Assembly (NCBI GenBank): GCA_963703955.1
Contig: CAVPGK010000021.1
Span: 64,001-128,000, forward strand
Origin: Nitrospirota bacterium
GTDB lineage: Bacteria > Nitrospirota > Nitrospiria > Nitrospirales > Nitrospiraceae
Length of the DNA stretch: 64,000 nucleotides
Direction: 5' to 3'
Position numbers and translations under genes: made by a program. The notes below the pieces were generated by a model. The model ran no database searches, had not been told where the DNA came from, and saw nothing but the letters and a program-made list of their open reading frames with translations. This document shows, one piece after another, positions 11,311 through 24,152 of the stretch. Each line of letters starts with the position of its first letter. The first letter of the stretch is position 1.

Positions 11311-12300
11311 CTACCATCGCACTAGACCCGTCGCCCATGTCAACCCTCCCCCAAATGTTCCCAGCAGGACCAGATCCCCCGGCCGGAGCCGGCCGCTTCG
11401 GGCTGCATGGTCCAGGGCAATGGGGAGCGAGGCCGACGACGTATTCCCGAATTGTTCGATTACCGAATACATCTTTTCCCCCGGTGACAGGCCCAAGCGC
11501 CGACCTAACGCGTCCAGCAACCGCCCATTCGCCTGATGAAAAATCGCCTGCCCCAGATCCTCGATGCCGAACCCAAACTCTTTCAAAAGATCCCCCACCG
11601 CTGCCGCCAACCGTTTGACCGCGACTCGAAAAAGCGGGCCGCCTTGCATGCTCAAGGCGTGCAGCCGATTCTCCACGGTCTGCAGATTCGTCGGCTGGCG
11701 TGATCCACCCGCTGGGATCCGAATTAATCCGTGCCGTGTTCCGTCTGCATACAGGCGGATATCTAGAATACCGGATGATGACGCGGCGCCCCTGTCGGCT
11801 TCGACGAGCGCGGCGCCGGCCCCATCTCCAAATAGGATCGCAGTCGCCTCATCGTTCGGATCGAGAAACCTGGACTTGATTTCGGCCGCGACGACCAGGC
11901 ACCGCAAGAATTGCCCGCTTCTGACCAATCGATCCGCCATTGACAGCCCATACAGAAATCCCGAGCAGGACGCCGTCAGATCAAATGCGGCGGCACCCTT
12001 CAATCCCAAGCGGTTCTGGAGGTGACACGCCGTTGAAGGGAACCCCATGTCGGGCGACGTCGTTGACACGATCACGGCGTCCGCCGACGACAAGGTGACG
12101 GCGGCGGATTCGCAGGCTCGACGCGCGGCCATCTCGGCGAGGTGAGACGTGCATTGTTCATCGTCGGCCCAATGACGAGTCCGAATACCCGTTCGCTGAA
12201 AGACTGCTTCCCCATCCAGCCGGAGCAACCGGCTGGCCTCCTCGTTGGTCACAACTCGGGCAGGCACATACGAGCCGGTCCCAATAATCTTGCTTCTCAT
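11311..12300 (-). CDS. fabH: Beta-ketoacyl-ACP synthase III
   Basis: ASCSGF catalytic Cys, HQAN, GNTSSAS, GGGLTW. Confidence 0.92.
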   Translation of the reverse strand: MRSKIIGTGSYVPARVVTNEEASRLLRLDGEAVFQRTGIRTRHWADDEQCTSHLAEMAARRACESAAVTLSSADAVIVSTTSPDMGFPSTACHLQNRLGLKGAAAFDLTASCSGFLYGLSMADRLVRSGQFLRCLVVAAEIKSRFLDPNDEATAILFGDGAGAALVEADRGAASSSGILDIRLYADGTRHGLIRIPAGGSRQPTNLQTVENRLHALSMQGGPLFRVAVKRLAAAVGDLLKEFGFGIEDLGQAIFHQANGRLLDALGRRLGLSPGEKMYSVIEQFGNTSSASLPIALDHAARSGRLRPGDLVLLGTFGGGLTWATGLVRW

Positions 12301-12491
12301 TAGAGAGACGTCGTGAGTGGAGAAGGAGAGTGTGTTGAAAATGCCACCCGGTACTGGCCGGGATTATAGGTCGCCCACCATCGAGCGTCAATCATGGCGG
12401 CGGATTGCATTTGAAAACCTGATTTGCTAACGTGCGCTATACTTGATCATAGATGTGTCATCGCTTCTCACCTGTGGAGGCAATTCCCACG

Positions 12492-13391
12492 ATGGTTTCA
12501 CGGTGGCTGTCTGTGGCGCTCTTGATCGGTGTCAGTCTTACGGTTGGGTGTTCGAAGACGCCGAAACAGGTCCAGTCCGACGGAAAATCGTTGAGCGGTA
12601 CCGACGAGCAGATCTTCATCGGCGACACGATCGAGAAAAATTACGATCCGAATGTCATCATGAAGCGGGCTGAGTCCTTTTTCGACAAGGAGGACTACCC
12701 TGAAGCGATTATCGAGTATCAGCACTTCCTGGATCTCCATCGGGTGCATACGCTCGCCTTTTACGCCCAATACAAACTTGCCGAAAGCCATTTCAAGCAG
12801 ATCAAGAGCGTTGACCGTGATCCAGATCCCGTCTACAAGGCGTTAGAGGCGTTCGAAAAACTCAGACGAGATTATCCAGGAAACCGCCATGAGGCCGACG
12901 CGATCGAACGGATTCGCGCCTGCCATGATTTCATTGCCCAAGCCTACATGTTCGTGGGCAAGTTTTATTATCGACGGGAGGCGTATTTGGCGGCCGCCCA
13001 CCGGTTTGAATCAGTTCTGAAACAATATCCCGATATGGAAATCGCAGGTGAGGCCCTCTATTACCTGGCCCTGACCTATAACGAAATGGGGGCGGAAGAC
13101 TGGGCGCGAGAGAAGCTGATTGCGCTGGATGAACGGTTTCCAAATAACGAACATGCAACTTCTGGACGGAAACTTCTGGCGAAACTGAACGCGAACCAGC
13201 CAGCGGAAACGGTTGCCCTTTCGAAAAACCGGTCTAATGGAAGCTCCTCAGACAGCTACAGCGCCTCGAATGGAACATTGCCGCCACCTGTCGTCTCACC
13301 CAACCTCAATTCGGTCACAGCGCTCAGCGGGTCAGCCAAGGGATCGCCTTCGACGGAGACGACCCTGTGCCGTCTCGGCGTCTGGTGCTAA
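12492..13391 (+). CDS. bamD: Outer membrane protein assembly lipoprotein BamD
   Basis: Lipobox LTVGC, TPR-like repeats, DRDPDP and VGKFYYRREAYLAAAHRF; start may instead be 12453. Confidence 0.88.
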   Translation: MVSRWLSVALLIGVSLTVGCSKTPKQVQSDGKSLSGTDEQIFIGDTIEKNYDPNVIMKRAESFFDKEDYPEAIIEYQHFLDLHRVHTLAFYAQYKLAESHFKQIKSVDRDPDPVYKALEAFEKLRRDYPGNRHEADAIERIRACHDFIAQAYMFVGKFYYRREAYLAAAHRFESVLKQYPDMEIAGEALYYLALTYNEMGAEDWAREKLIALDERFPNNEHATSGRKLLAKLNANQPAETVALSKNRSNGSSSDSYSASNGTLPPPVVSPNLNSVTALSGSAKGSPSTETTLCRLGVWC

Positions 13392-13630
13392 CCACGCCAC
13401 TGAAAAAAGCCCCCAACTTCGTTCAAAACAGGAAGGTATCCGGCCGCCTCACCGACTCCGCGCCGCGCACGAACGTGGCGCTCTTTTATTCATCGCGCCG
13501 CGCGCTCTCAACGTAACCATGGGAAAGAGCCGGTCTCGGCCGGCTCAGGGTTGGGCGAGTGAAAATGTGGCTATGCCTCTGGTTTTTTCTCGCCTGCCGC
13601 CTTGTTGGTTGACATTCTTGAGCAGCGTGG
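13392..13630. mobile_element. MITE-like non-coding element
   Basis: Imperfect inverted ends ccacgccactgaaaaa / ttcttgagcagcgtgg starting right after the bamD stop; internal motif shared with the 59305 element. Confidence 0.5.
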
Positions 13631-13643
13631 AAGTTTGCAGGAA

Positions 13644-13667
13644 GCTGAATGCTGATTGCTGATAGCT
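13644..13667. repeat. Heptamer tandem repeat (gctgaat gctgatt gctgata)
   Basis: Visible 7-bp periodicity between convergent genes. Confidence 0.55.
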
Positions 13668-13673
13668 TGTTTG

Positions 13674-14867
13674 CTAATTGAAGCGCAGGGCTTTCTGAAA
13701 AAGGTCCCGAACCGACGCCTTCACCAGACCCTTTGCCTTCATCATGAACGTCTGATAGGTCTCTCGTCCGCGGAGAACATCGTAGTATAGATGAATGACG
13801 TCCTGGTAACGATATAGCAGACGATGGCACAAACGCGGGAAGGTGTAGACAATCTGGGCGATGCGGGCGGCCACGTGGAATTCGGGATAGATTTCACGCG
13901 CCACGGCTTGTTCGTACTCCGACAACCCACGGCGAGGATCCCGAAAGAACCCGCGAATACTGCTCGCCGCCATTTGACCTGAGCGCACTGCGTAGTAGAT
14001 CCCTTCCCCGAACAGCGGGTCCACAAGATGTCCAGCGTCACCCACCAACAGGGTGCGATGCCGAATCAACCCAGGCGGTGCGCCGGGTTCGCACGGGTAG
14101 AGCGGCAACGGATGGCCGAACGGTGGTGGCACCTTCAGATGCGATAGACCGGGCTCGTCACGAATGAACCGCTGGAAGAACTGTTTCGGGCCGCCCAGGC
14201 GGCCATTGAAGCCGCCCAAGCCGATCGACAATCGCTCCCTTTTCGGAAAGATCCACGCGTAGCCTTTTGGGGTGGCTCCTATGTCGATCACGGCCGTTCC
14301 TTCGCCGGGATACAAGGGCGCCGCTCCAATGTCGATCTCGCTCTCCAGTGTCGGCATGCGGCGCAGACGGCGTTCGGGAAAAAGGCGTTGAGCGACTGTG
14401 CTATTGGCGCCATCCGCGCCGATTAGGACTTTCGTCCGATACCGCCCGCGATCGGTGGTCACTTCTATCCCGTCCGGGAATTCAACAAACGTCGCAGCTT
14501 GCTCGCATTGTCGCACCTCGGTACCCGCATGGCGGGCCTTTTCAACAAGAAGGTGATCAAATCGGTCGCGCATGACCATGTAGGCGAATGGCTCTGAGGA
14601 TTCGATGAGGACCGGATCTTTCCCTCCGTACGCAAACTGGACGCTCCGGACCGCATGCTCGATAGTGGATTGAAAGCCGGGATCAAGAACGCGGTCGATC
14701 CGGACAGAAATCCCTCCCCCACACACCTTGTACCGAGGGTGGACTTGTTTTTCGAGCCCTATGACCGATAGGCCGACTCGGCTCAGCTCATACGCAGTGG
14801 TTGCGCCCGCCGGCCCCATGCCGACGACCAAGACATCGCAGGATTTTGCATCAGGCAAGGTGGGCAT
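13674..14867 (-). CDS. Geranylgeranyl reductase-family FAD oxidoreductase
   Basis: DVLVVGMGPAG, KVCGGG, IGADGANS, GYAWIFPK and VGDAGHLVDPLFGEGIYYA; true start at 14867, the longer ORF overlaps ccdA. Confidence 0.9.
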   Translation of the reverse strand: MPTLPDAKSCDVLVVGMGPAGATTAYELSRVGLSVIGLEKQVHPRYKVCGGGISVRIDRVLDPGFQSTIEHAVRSVQFAYGGKDPVLIESSEPFAYMVMRDRFDHLLVEKARHAGTEVRQCEQAATFVEFPDGIEVTTDRGRYRTKVLIGADGANSTVAQRLFPERRLRRMPTLESEIDIGAAPLYPGEGTAVIDIGATPKGYAWIFPKRERLSIGLGGFNGRLGGPKQFFQRFIRDEPGLSHLKVPPPFGHPLPLYPCEPGAPPGLIRHRTLLVGDAGHLVDPLFGEGIYYAVRSGQMAASSIRGFFRDPRRGLSEYEQAVAREIYPEFHVAARIAQIVYTFPRLCHRLLYRYQDVIHLYYDVLRGRETYQTFMMKAKGLVKASVRDLFQKALRFN

Positions 14868-14881
14868 GAAGGGAAGCGGAG

Positions 14882-15628
14882 CTACTGGCCGAGATACCAG
14901 CCAATTCCATACCGCTCCAGAAAGCTCGTGATCATAGTCAACGAATTGGCATAGATCATCACGCCGACCACGACTAAAAACACACCGCTCACGGTGGATA
15001 CTCCCCAAAGGTACGACCTGACCTGTTTGAAGTAGCTGAGGAATCGGTCCACGCCGAGCGCCGTGGCAAAGAGCGGTAAGCCCAATCCGAGCGAATAGGA
15101 GGCGAGAAGCATGACGCCGTTCAGCAGTGAATCCGTGGTGCTGGCGTACAGCAGAATCGTCCCCAACACCGGCCCAACGCATGGCGTCCAGCCGGCCGCA
15201 AACGCCACACCGATAAGAAACGAGCCCACATATCCCGCGGGCCGACTCCCGAAGTGCATCCGCTTTTCGGTGCTCAAGAAACGGATGTTGAGCATACCCA
15301 ACAGAGACAATCCAAACACCACGATGAGGACGCCGCCGATTTTGCGAATATGATCTTGATAGGTGATCAGCACTTGTCCGATCAAGCTCGCCGAGGCTCC
15401 AAACGCGATGAATACGCACGAGAACCCGGCAATGAACAACAGGGAGTTGATGATGATCGACTTCCGGAATCGCTGCCGCTCCGCGGGATCCGTCAACCGC
15501 TCCAGGGATAATCCCGTGATGTAGGAGACATATGACGGAACCAGAGGGAGCACGCACGGGGACACGAACGACAGAAGGCCGGCCGCAAACGCGGCGAACA
15601 ACGAGATCTGCTGAATAGAATTGCCCAT
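14882..15628 (-). CDS. ccdA: Cytochrome c biogenesis protein CcdA
   Basis: SFVSPCVLPLVP and GWTPCVGP; multiple TM helices. Confidence 0.95.
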   Translation of the reverse strand: MGNSIQQISLFAAFAAGLLSFVSPCVLPLVPSYVSYITGLSLERLTDPAERQRFRKSIIINSLLFIAGFSCVFIAFGASASLIGQVLITYQDHIRKIGGVLIVVFGLSLLGMLNIRFLSTEKRMHFGSRPAGYVGSFLIGVAFAAGWTPCVGPVLGTILLYASTTDSLLNGVMLLASYSLGLGLPLFATALGVDRFLSYFKQVRSYLWGVSTVSGVFLVVVGVMIYANSLTMITSFLERYGIGWYLGQ

Positions 15629-15630
15629 GG

Positions 15631-16200
15631 CTAAGAGGTCCGAATCAGCGCCTGGATCATCTGCAACGCTTCAGGGCTTTGCCAATCACGCGCGCCGAAT
15701 ATGCGATGGGTAATGATGCCTCGGCGATTGACCAGAAACGTCATCGGAAGCGTCCGCGTGCCGTAGGTGACTCCGACCCGAAAATCCGAATCATGAAGAA
15801 TGGGGAAGGACAGTCCCATCGAATCACGAAACGGTCTGGTCACCGCAGCGCCTTGCGCATCAGTCGAGATCGCAAGGATCTCGAAATCCTTGCGGTTGAT
15901 CTGTTGATAGAGCACTTCCATCGCGGGCATTTCGACGCGACATGGACCGCACCACGTCGCCCAAAAGTTGAGCATCACCACGCGGCCTTGGTAACCGGAA
16001 AGCGTGACGGGGTCCCCGTTAAGGTTCCAAAGCTGAAAGTCCGGCGCCGTCCCGCCGATTTGCACGATGGCGCGTCCCTGGCCCGCCGCCTTCGCCACCG
16101 CCGTTTCGGCGGCCGAATCCGTGGACCCTGTGTCGCATCCAGCGGCGTTGATGAGCAGCATCCCCAGCACCACGGCCTGGATCGGTCCCCTGTGTGTCAT
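15631..16200 (-). CDS. TlpA/ResA-family thiol-disulfide oxidoreductase (lipoprotein)
   Basis: NFWATWCGPC; lipobox-like AAGC. Confidence 0.9.
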   Translation of the reverse strand: MTHRGPIQAVVLGMLLINAAGCDTGSTDSAAETAVAKAAGQGRAIVQIGGTAPDFQLWNLNGDPVTLSGYQGRVVMLNFWATWCGPCRVEMPAMEVLYQQINRKDFEILAISTDAQGAAVTRPFRDSMGLSFPILHDSDFRVGVTYGTRTLPMTFLVNRRGIITHRIFGARDWQSPEALQMIQALIRTS

Positions 16201-16207
16201 GGTGCCA

Positions 16208-16816
16208 TCACGTCGTCGGAGACGGCTGCGCGGATTTCGAGCCGTTCTTCAGCATGGCCGTAATGTTCTTGAGGTTGTCCAGCACCGTCCAGTCCCGAGG
16301 GCCGATGACCTTTTCTCTGAGAATTCCCTGCTGATCGATGATGTAGGTCTCCGGCACCCCCATCAGCTTGTAGCGCTTATCGGTTTGTCCCCACGAATCC
16401 ACTAGGATCGGAAAAGTGAGACTCATACTTTTCACGAATGGTGGAATGTCCTTCTTCGTGGTGACCCGATCGATGCTGACCGCCAACACTACGAACCCGT
16501 CTCCTTCAAAGTTCTTATACAGCACTTCCATCGACGGCATTTCTTCCCGACAGGGCTTACACCACGTCGCCCAAAAATTCAGAAATACGACCTTGCCGCG
16601 GTAATCCGACAAACGCACGGTCTTGTCGTTCAAATCGGGCAGATTGAAATCGGGCGCAGGTTTCCCCACTGTCAGCGGCTCATACTTGGAACTCTGCATC
16701 CAGACCACGCCGAAGGCCACGGCGAGGATCGCGAGGGAGATGATGGTTATCGTCAATCGAGACCTTGGTGGTGACGCTCCCGTCGGCGTCGAATCTGTCA
16801 TGATCTGCTCAGCCAT
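16208..16816 (-). CDS. resA: TlpA/ResA-family thiol-disulfide oxidoreductase, membrane anchored
   Basis: N-terminal TM helix, NFWATWCKPC, GVPETY. Confidence 0.85.
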   Translation of the reverse strand: MAEQIMTDSTPTGASPPRSRLTITIISLAILAVAFGVVWMQSSKYEPLTVGKPAPDFNLPDLNDKTVRLSDYRGKVVFLNFWATWCKPCREEMPSMEVLYKNFEGDGFVVLAVSIDRVTTKKDIPPFVKSMSLTFPILVDSWGQTDKRYKLMGVPETYIIDQQGILREKVIGPRDWTVLDNLKNITAMLKNGSKSAQPSPTT

Positions 16817-16914
16817 AATCGAGAAGCTAGTAGAACGCGGCGAATCACTGGTAGCAGAGATTCAATGCGCTTCGCTATTCCCAACCAATCATACGCTTGG
16901 TCTTCATGCGTACT

Positions 16915-17829
16915 TCATGCGTACGCGTGAAGACCACTCAGCAGGAAGTTGACACCCCAGAAGCAAAAGATCACCATCAGGAAGCCGAACACGGAATAGA
17001 TGGCGGCGCGCCGTCCTTCCCACCCATGCGTCATCCGCGCATGAATGTAAGCGCCGTAAATGAGCCAGACAATGAGGGACCATGTCTCTTTCGGATCCCA
17101 ACTCCAGTACCCGCCCCAGGCATAATTGGCCCACATGGCCCCCAAAATAACCCCGAATGCCAGGAGCGGAAACCCAACCATAATCGCCTTGTATTCCAAC
17201 TCATCGATCGTTTCCAGGCTCGGGAAGGCGGCATAGAGACCGGACCGGATGCCTCGCCGCTCAGCGCGTTCCTTCAGCAGGTACATAACGCCCAACCCGC
17301 CCGCCATGGCAAAGGCCGCATAGCTGGTCAGCGTGACGGAGACGTGAATGTAGATCCAGTAGCTGTTCAGAGCCGGCACGAGGGGTTCAGCCGTCTGGTA
17401 TCGATACGGAAGCAGAGAGGCCGCTCCCATCGCGATGAAGCCGATGCCGACAACAAACGCGCCGATCGCTTTGATGCGGTATCGGAATTCCAATAAGACG
17501 TACCCGAGAATAATGGCCCACGAGACGTACGCCATCGCCTCGAACTGGTTGGACCACGGCGCGAAGGTGCCGGAAATCTGCATGCGCTCGTAGGCACGGG
17601 CAAACAGCGCCAGCGTGTTCACCATCCAGCCGAACACCGTCACTATCGTCGCCACCTGCCCGATTTGAGCTGCCCATCCGTTATCGCCCTCTCCAAACTC
17701 CTCCCATGGATGGCCGGCAGGCGCAAGCTGCATGGCGGGCCGCTTGGCCAGCATATACCCAATGTACAGGCCCAATGCAGCCAGATAGAGCCAGAAGGTC
17801 ATATCGAAGAGGAACAAAGATTTTGCCAT
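16915..17829 (-). CDS. resC: System II cytochrome c synthase subunit (ResC/CcsA type)
   Basis: WWD motif WANYAWGGYWSWDPKETW, LSGLHAYA C-terminus, GGAGG RBS before ATG 17829. Confidence 0.95.
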   Translation of the reverse strand: MAKSLFLFDMTFWLYLAALGLYIGYMLAKRPAMQLAPAGHPWEEFGEGDNGWAAQIGQVATIVTVFGWMVNTLALFARAYERMQISGTFAPWSNQFEAMAYVSWAIILGYVLLEFRYRIKAIGAFVVGIGFIAMGAASLLPYRYQTAEPLVPALNSYWIYIHVSVTLTSYAAFAMAGGLGVMYLLKERAERRGIRSGLYAAFPSLETIDELEYKAIMVGFPLLAFGVILGAMWANYAWGGYWSWDPKETWSLIVWLIYGAYIHARMTHGWEGRRAAIYSVFGFLMVIFCFWGVNFLLSGLHAYA

Positions 17830-17914
17830 GTCAACCTCCGCAGGATAGCCCTCAGCCGTCGGCATTTAGCGGTCAGCTCTGAAGCCGATCGCTGAACGCT
17901 CACGTCATTCTCCG

Positions 17915-19345
17915 TCAAGAGTCGAGCTTTGAGATCTGTCCCGTCAGCTTGCTGAATTCTTTCTGAAAATCGATCTGACTCTTGTGAGTAGTCCCACCCA
18001 CGTACACCGTGACCCCGGTGCCATGAGGGATGATCTTCGCCCACAACCGACGATGATAGATAAATGAAGAGAGTGTGATGCCCACGACGATCATGGTCGA
18101 GCCGATCCAGACGATCGTCACGCCGGGGTCTTTGGTGATCTGCAGCCCCGTGAATTTCTTCGGCTGGTATCCCACCAGTTCAAACGTGTAGCGGGAACCC
18201 TGAATATCGAACAGATCCGGGTAGTGATAAAAGATCCATGGCGCCGCCTGAACCGTTTTCCCTTCCGTCACCGCGAGACGGATGGCGGGATTGGCGTGTT
18301 CGATCGTCTTGGAATAGACCTTCTTCTCCGTTGAATTAAAACCAAAGTCGGCCACGAAGTCGGTCATCGCCAATTTGAGGCCGAGCTTGTCCAGGTTAGC
18401 CTCCTTTTGCCATTCGAGATCTACGGTCCCGACGAGCTTGTCGGTTTCTTTGTCCTTGATATTGATGCGCGCGACTTCCACCCGGTCCCAGGCATCGCCG
18501 TAACTGGATTGGTAGAACCAGATCCCTTTGTGCACAAGCGGATCGTTGACGGTAATCGTTTTCGTGGCGACCTTCTGGCCCTGCTCACTCACGGTTAAGG
18601 TACTGTTGTAGGATTTGACCGCGCCGTTTTCGTGATAGTCGATCCAGAACTTATCCACGTGGAGATCGAAGTTCCCTTTGGGAATGTGGTAGGTCTGGCC
18701 TTCCAGGCAAACCCCGAACTCTTGAAACCCCCAGTAGCTGCCGATCAACCCTCCCAGGACGATGACGGTGGCGCTCAAGTGCGCCATATGGGCTCCGACC
18801 CGCCCTATGATGCCCTTGGTCGCATAGAGCGTCGCCTCTTGTGCCTCATTCTTTGCCAGAACCCGATACCCTTTCTCCAACAGCAGTTGCACCATTCCCT
18901 CGGCAACACGCTCTTTCTTCGCGGCAACGGGAATTTCCACGGTGTGCTTCATGTTCTTGATGAACGGGAGGGCGACGTTCACCTTGTCTTGCCGCATGGA
19001 GCGCCAGACCGCCGGAAAGCGCTTGTAAAAGCACGTCAACGAATTGATACAGAGGAGGGCCAGAAGGCTCGTGAACCACCAGGTATGATACACATCGGTA
19101 AATCCGAGGCGAAGGAACCACTGGTAGGCGGCCTCCCCGTATTCCTTAACATAGGCTTCGGGGCGCTCATTTTGCTGGATCACGGTGCCGATCGTGGCCG
19201 TCATCGCCAGCACGATAAAAAGGAACATGGCCAGCTTGATGGAGGCGAAGAACGTGACCAATTCAGTCCGGATCTCGTCCCAGCCGAGACCAGATGATCG
19301 CTGTGCTGCCTGTTTTTCCGCTACGATCTCTTGTTTTCCGTTCAT
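17915..19345 (-). CDS. resB: System II cytochrome c synthase subunit (ResB/Ccs1 type)
   Basis: ATIGTVIQQ, DVYHTWWF, ITVNDPL, FYQSSY and TGLQITKDPG. Confidence 0.93.
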   Translation of the reverse strand: MNGKQEIVAEKQAAQRSSGLGWDEIRTELVTFFASIKLAMFLFIVLAMTATIGTVIQQNERPEAYVKEYGEAAYQWFLRLGFTDVYHTWWFTSLLALLCINSLTCFYKRFPAVWRSMRQDKVNVALPFIKNMKHTVEIPVAAKKERVAEGMVQLLLEKGYRVLAKNEAQEATLYATKGIIGRVGAHMAHLSATVIVLGGLIGSYWGFQEFGVCLEGQTYHIPKGNFDLHVDKFWIDYHENGAVKSYNSTLTVSEQGQKVATKTITVNDPLVHKGIWFYQSSYGDAWDRVEVARINIKDKETDKLVGTVDLEWQKEANLDKLGLKLAMTDFVADFGFNSTEKKVYSKTIEHANPAIRLAVTEGKTVQAAPWIFYHYPDLFDIQGSRYTFELVGYQPKKFTGLQITKDPGVTIVWIGSTMIVVGITLSSFIYHRRLWAKIIPHGTGVTVYVGGTTHKSQIDFQKEFSKLTGQISKLDS

Positions 19346-19516
19346 ACAGCAGATCGTCTCTTGGTCATCGTAGGGCTCGAAGCACGGACATTGTATATGA
19401 TGCTGGAATCGCTGAACCTGGTCACGGCGTGGAAATGGCAGGGTGGTTTGCTGTGGACGACATGCCTCCTGGAGACTAAAATAATAGGACCGGCCACGCT
19501 CAGAAGATGACACGCC

Positions 19517-19546
19517 ATCTTACAAGCCGGCTCCAAGAGGTGTCAA
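19517..19546 (-). promoter_or_regulatory. Sigma70-type promoter for the res/ccdA operon
   Basis: Minus strand TTGACA-N18-TAAGAT. Confidence 0.55.
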
Positions 19547-19725
19547 GCAAACGCATGCGAACATTATCCTTCTGGATGATGGTGATTCTGATTGACAAAT
19601 CAGTGGCTTCTGGTTTATTCAGGAGCAGTCCAGAGAGGCTCCTTTCCCCCGGTCATACCGGATGAACAGAGTCCGTACAATTCCCACCCACGGCATAGTT
19701 TGCTATTTAAGCTTGAGAGGGAGAC

Positions 19726-22212
<2,487 letters not shown>

Positions 22213-22233
22213 GAGCATGGGCTGCAGGCGGTA

Positions 22234-22295
22234 ATTCCCCTGCTCCCGGAGCGCGCACGATCAGAATGTGCTCGCTCGACGGCCGCAAAAGGAAT
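22234..22295. repeat. REP-like palindromic element related to 6720-6818
   Basis: Reverse complement gcgagcacattctgatcgtgcgcgctccgggagcag matches gcgagcactcttccgagagtgggcgctgcgcgagcaa at about 6757. Confidence 0.5.
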
Positions 22296-22330
22296 CACCC
22301 CCCGCAACCCCTGCTGGGGGAAGGGTGATG

Positions 22331-22360
22331 AAAAGGCCACCTGGTGAAGGTGGCCTTTTT
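22331..22360 (+). terminator. Bidirectional intrinsic terminator after ahcY
   Basis: aaaaggccacc-tggtgaa-ggtggccttttt. Confidence 0.8.
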
Positions 22361-24152
22361 ATTTCTGTGGCCTTGTTGGATGACCTTTTTTTGAGCATCC
22401 TGTATTTGAGCGCCGCGCTTGTAAAACTAGCCTGTCCCCCTTTTGCCGACCCTGACTTTGTTTAACCGCTTTATTGCTACCATCCATGGCTCTGTTATGA
22501 ATCCATCCGGCATGTCGATTTCAAGCCCCTCAGGCGAATTCCTTAGCTGCCCCGACTCACATTTGTGCAATATAATTTGCTGACGACTTTTCTATCCTGT
22601 GAGACCGAATGCAAAGGCAATACTATCTAAGCAAGTTCATTGGTGATGGTAAGACCACGGCCACGGCGTTTAAGCCCAAAGTGGCGCAATACGGCGACCG
22701 GTGGGGTAAGGTCGATCTCAGGCCGGATCAAACCAAACAGGCAGGTTGGTGTGTGGCCTATTTAGACTCCGATGACCACTCTGGTCTAGATGGTAACCCC
22801 GAAACTATCTGTCTCGGAGCCGATCCTCACGCCCCACTCCCGGAAAGTTTGAGACAGCGTCTTAACGATGCCTTGGAAGTAAAGTGCGGGGGTGTGTCCA
22901 TTTCAGACATCCTCATGGAGTTATGTCTCAGCAGTCCAGACTTCCGTCCAAATTTGGATGGCAAATACGAAATCCATTTGGGAGGGTTACTAAAGGAGTT
23001 GACTGAAGAAGAGGCTATGGCCTTCATCGGGCGAATAGTGACCGCTAAAGATCCTCCTCATGTCCCTTCAGACCGCACCCAGAAATTAAGTGACCAGTTG
23101 CGGACTGCCCTTGAATCTGTTGCAGCATTAGCCAACTACAAAAGAGCCGGCTGGCTTGAAAAGCAAAGATGTGCCTTAGTACTACAGCAGAGCAAACATC
23201 CTCTTGCCATAAACTACCAGCAGGCTTGCAATGATTTAGCTGCTGGTGAAGAAGCGATTTGGTCTTCTCATGCTGCTCACTGGGTGATGATGCTCGCTCG
23301 GGATGTTGACCTTCTTGCAGACAAGTTAAATTTGCCGCAAGTTGCGGGGCGCTTGCGCAGTCCGAAAGACTGCGAACCAACCAAATTTGAACTTTATGTG
23401 ATGGCTGCCTATCAGAGAGTAGGGGCACGCTTGGAAAAAACTGACAATAATAGAACAGGAGAATTCAGGGTAAAACACGGTGATTCGTACATATATGTTG
23501 AGTGCAAGCAAAAATCCCTGGACTCTGTTAAGGAACGTCGAGTGCGAGAGATCTATAAACGCGGGACCGAATACCTGCAGGATCTAATGTTGAGGAGAAG
23601 TCTGTTTGCTACCATCCACATCACTCTCAGTTCAGACCCAATAGAGGCTGACCTGGAAGAGATTTTGAAAGTCGTGGACCAGGAGTTTCCAAGAGATTCG
23701 AGTCAGGTCAAACATCTGAAGAAAGGAAAGAGCCAGATACTCATAATTCCTTCACGAATTCCTCCGCCTTCAGGCGCTGACCATCAGATGCTCAAGACGC
23801 CAAGGGGTTATGACCACGCAGTATCTCAAGGCCGTGTTCAGGAAAACGCGAATGGTGGAAAGATACTAGTGGATGTGTGGGGAGTGGCTTGGCGTTCTCT
23901 AAGACCCACAGGATGGGTAACTAGCGCTATCGAAAGCGTCAAGAACGCAGCGAAGCAGTTACCCAGCGATGAACCGAGTCTGATCTACCTGGAGGTACCT
24001 CGCGGCGATCATGAAGTAGTAGCTGGGCGGATCGCGTTTCTGGCCCGTAGAATTCAACCATTCCTTGAGTCACGGAAACGGATAAACGCCCTGATCCTAA
24101 CCGGCGTCTCTCTGGTAAGAGACCCTCACGCATCACATATCGCAATAACTAG

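Noticed and set aside
14868..15557. Long N-terminal extension of the geranylgeranyl reductase ORF
   Set aside because: Overlaps ccdA in another frame; the FAD-binding motif begins just after Met 14867
19346..19513. Cys/His-rich N-terminal extension or leader peptide of resB
   Set aside because: No recognisable motif; its ATG lies only a few nt from the -10 box, and ResB similarity starts after 19345
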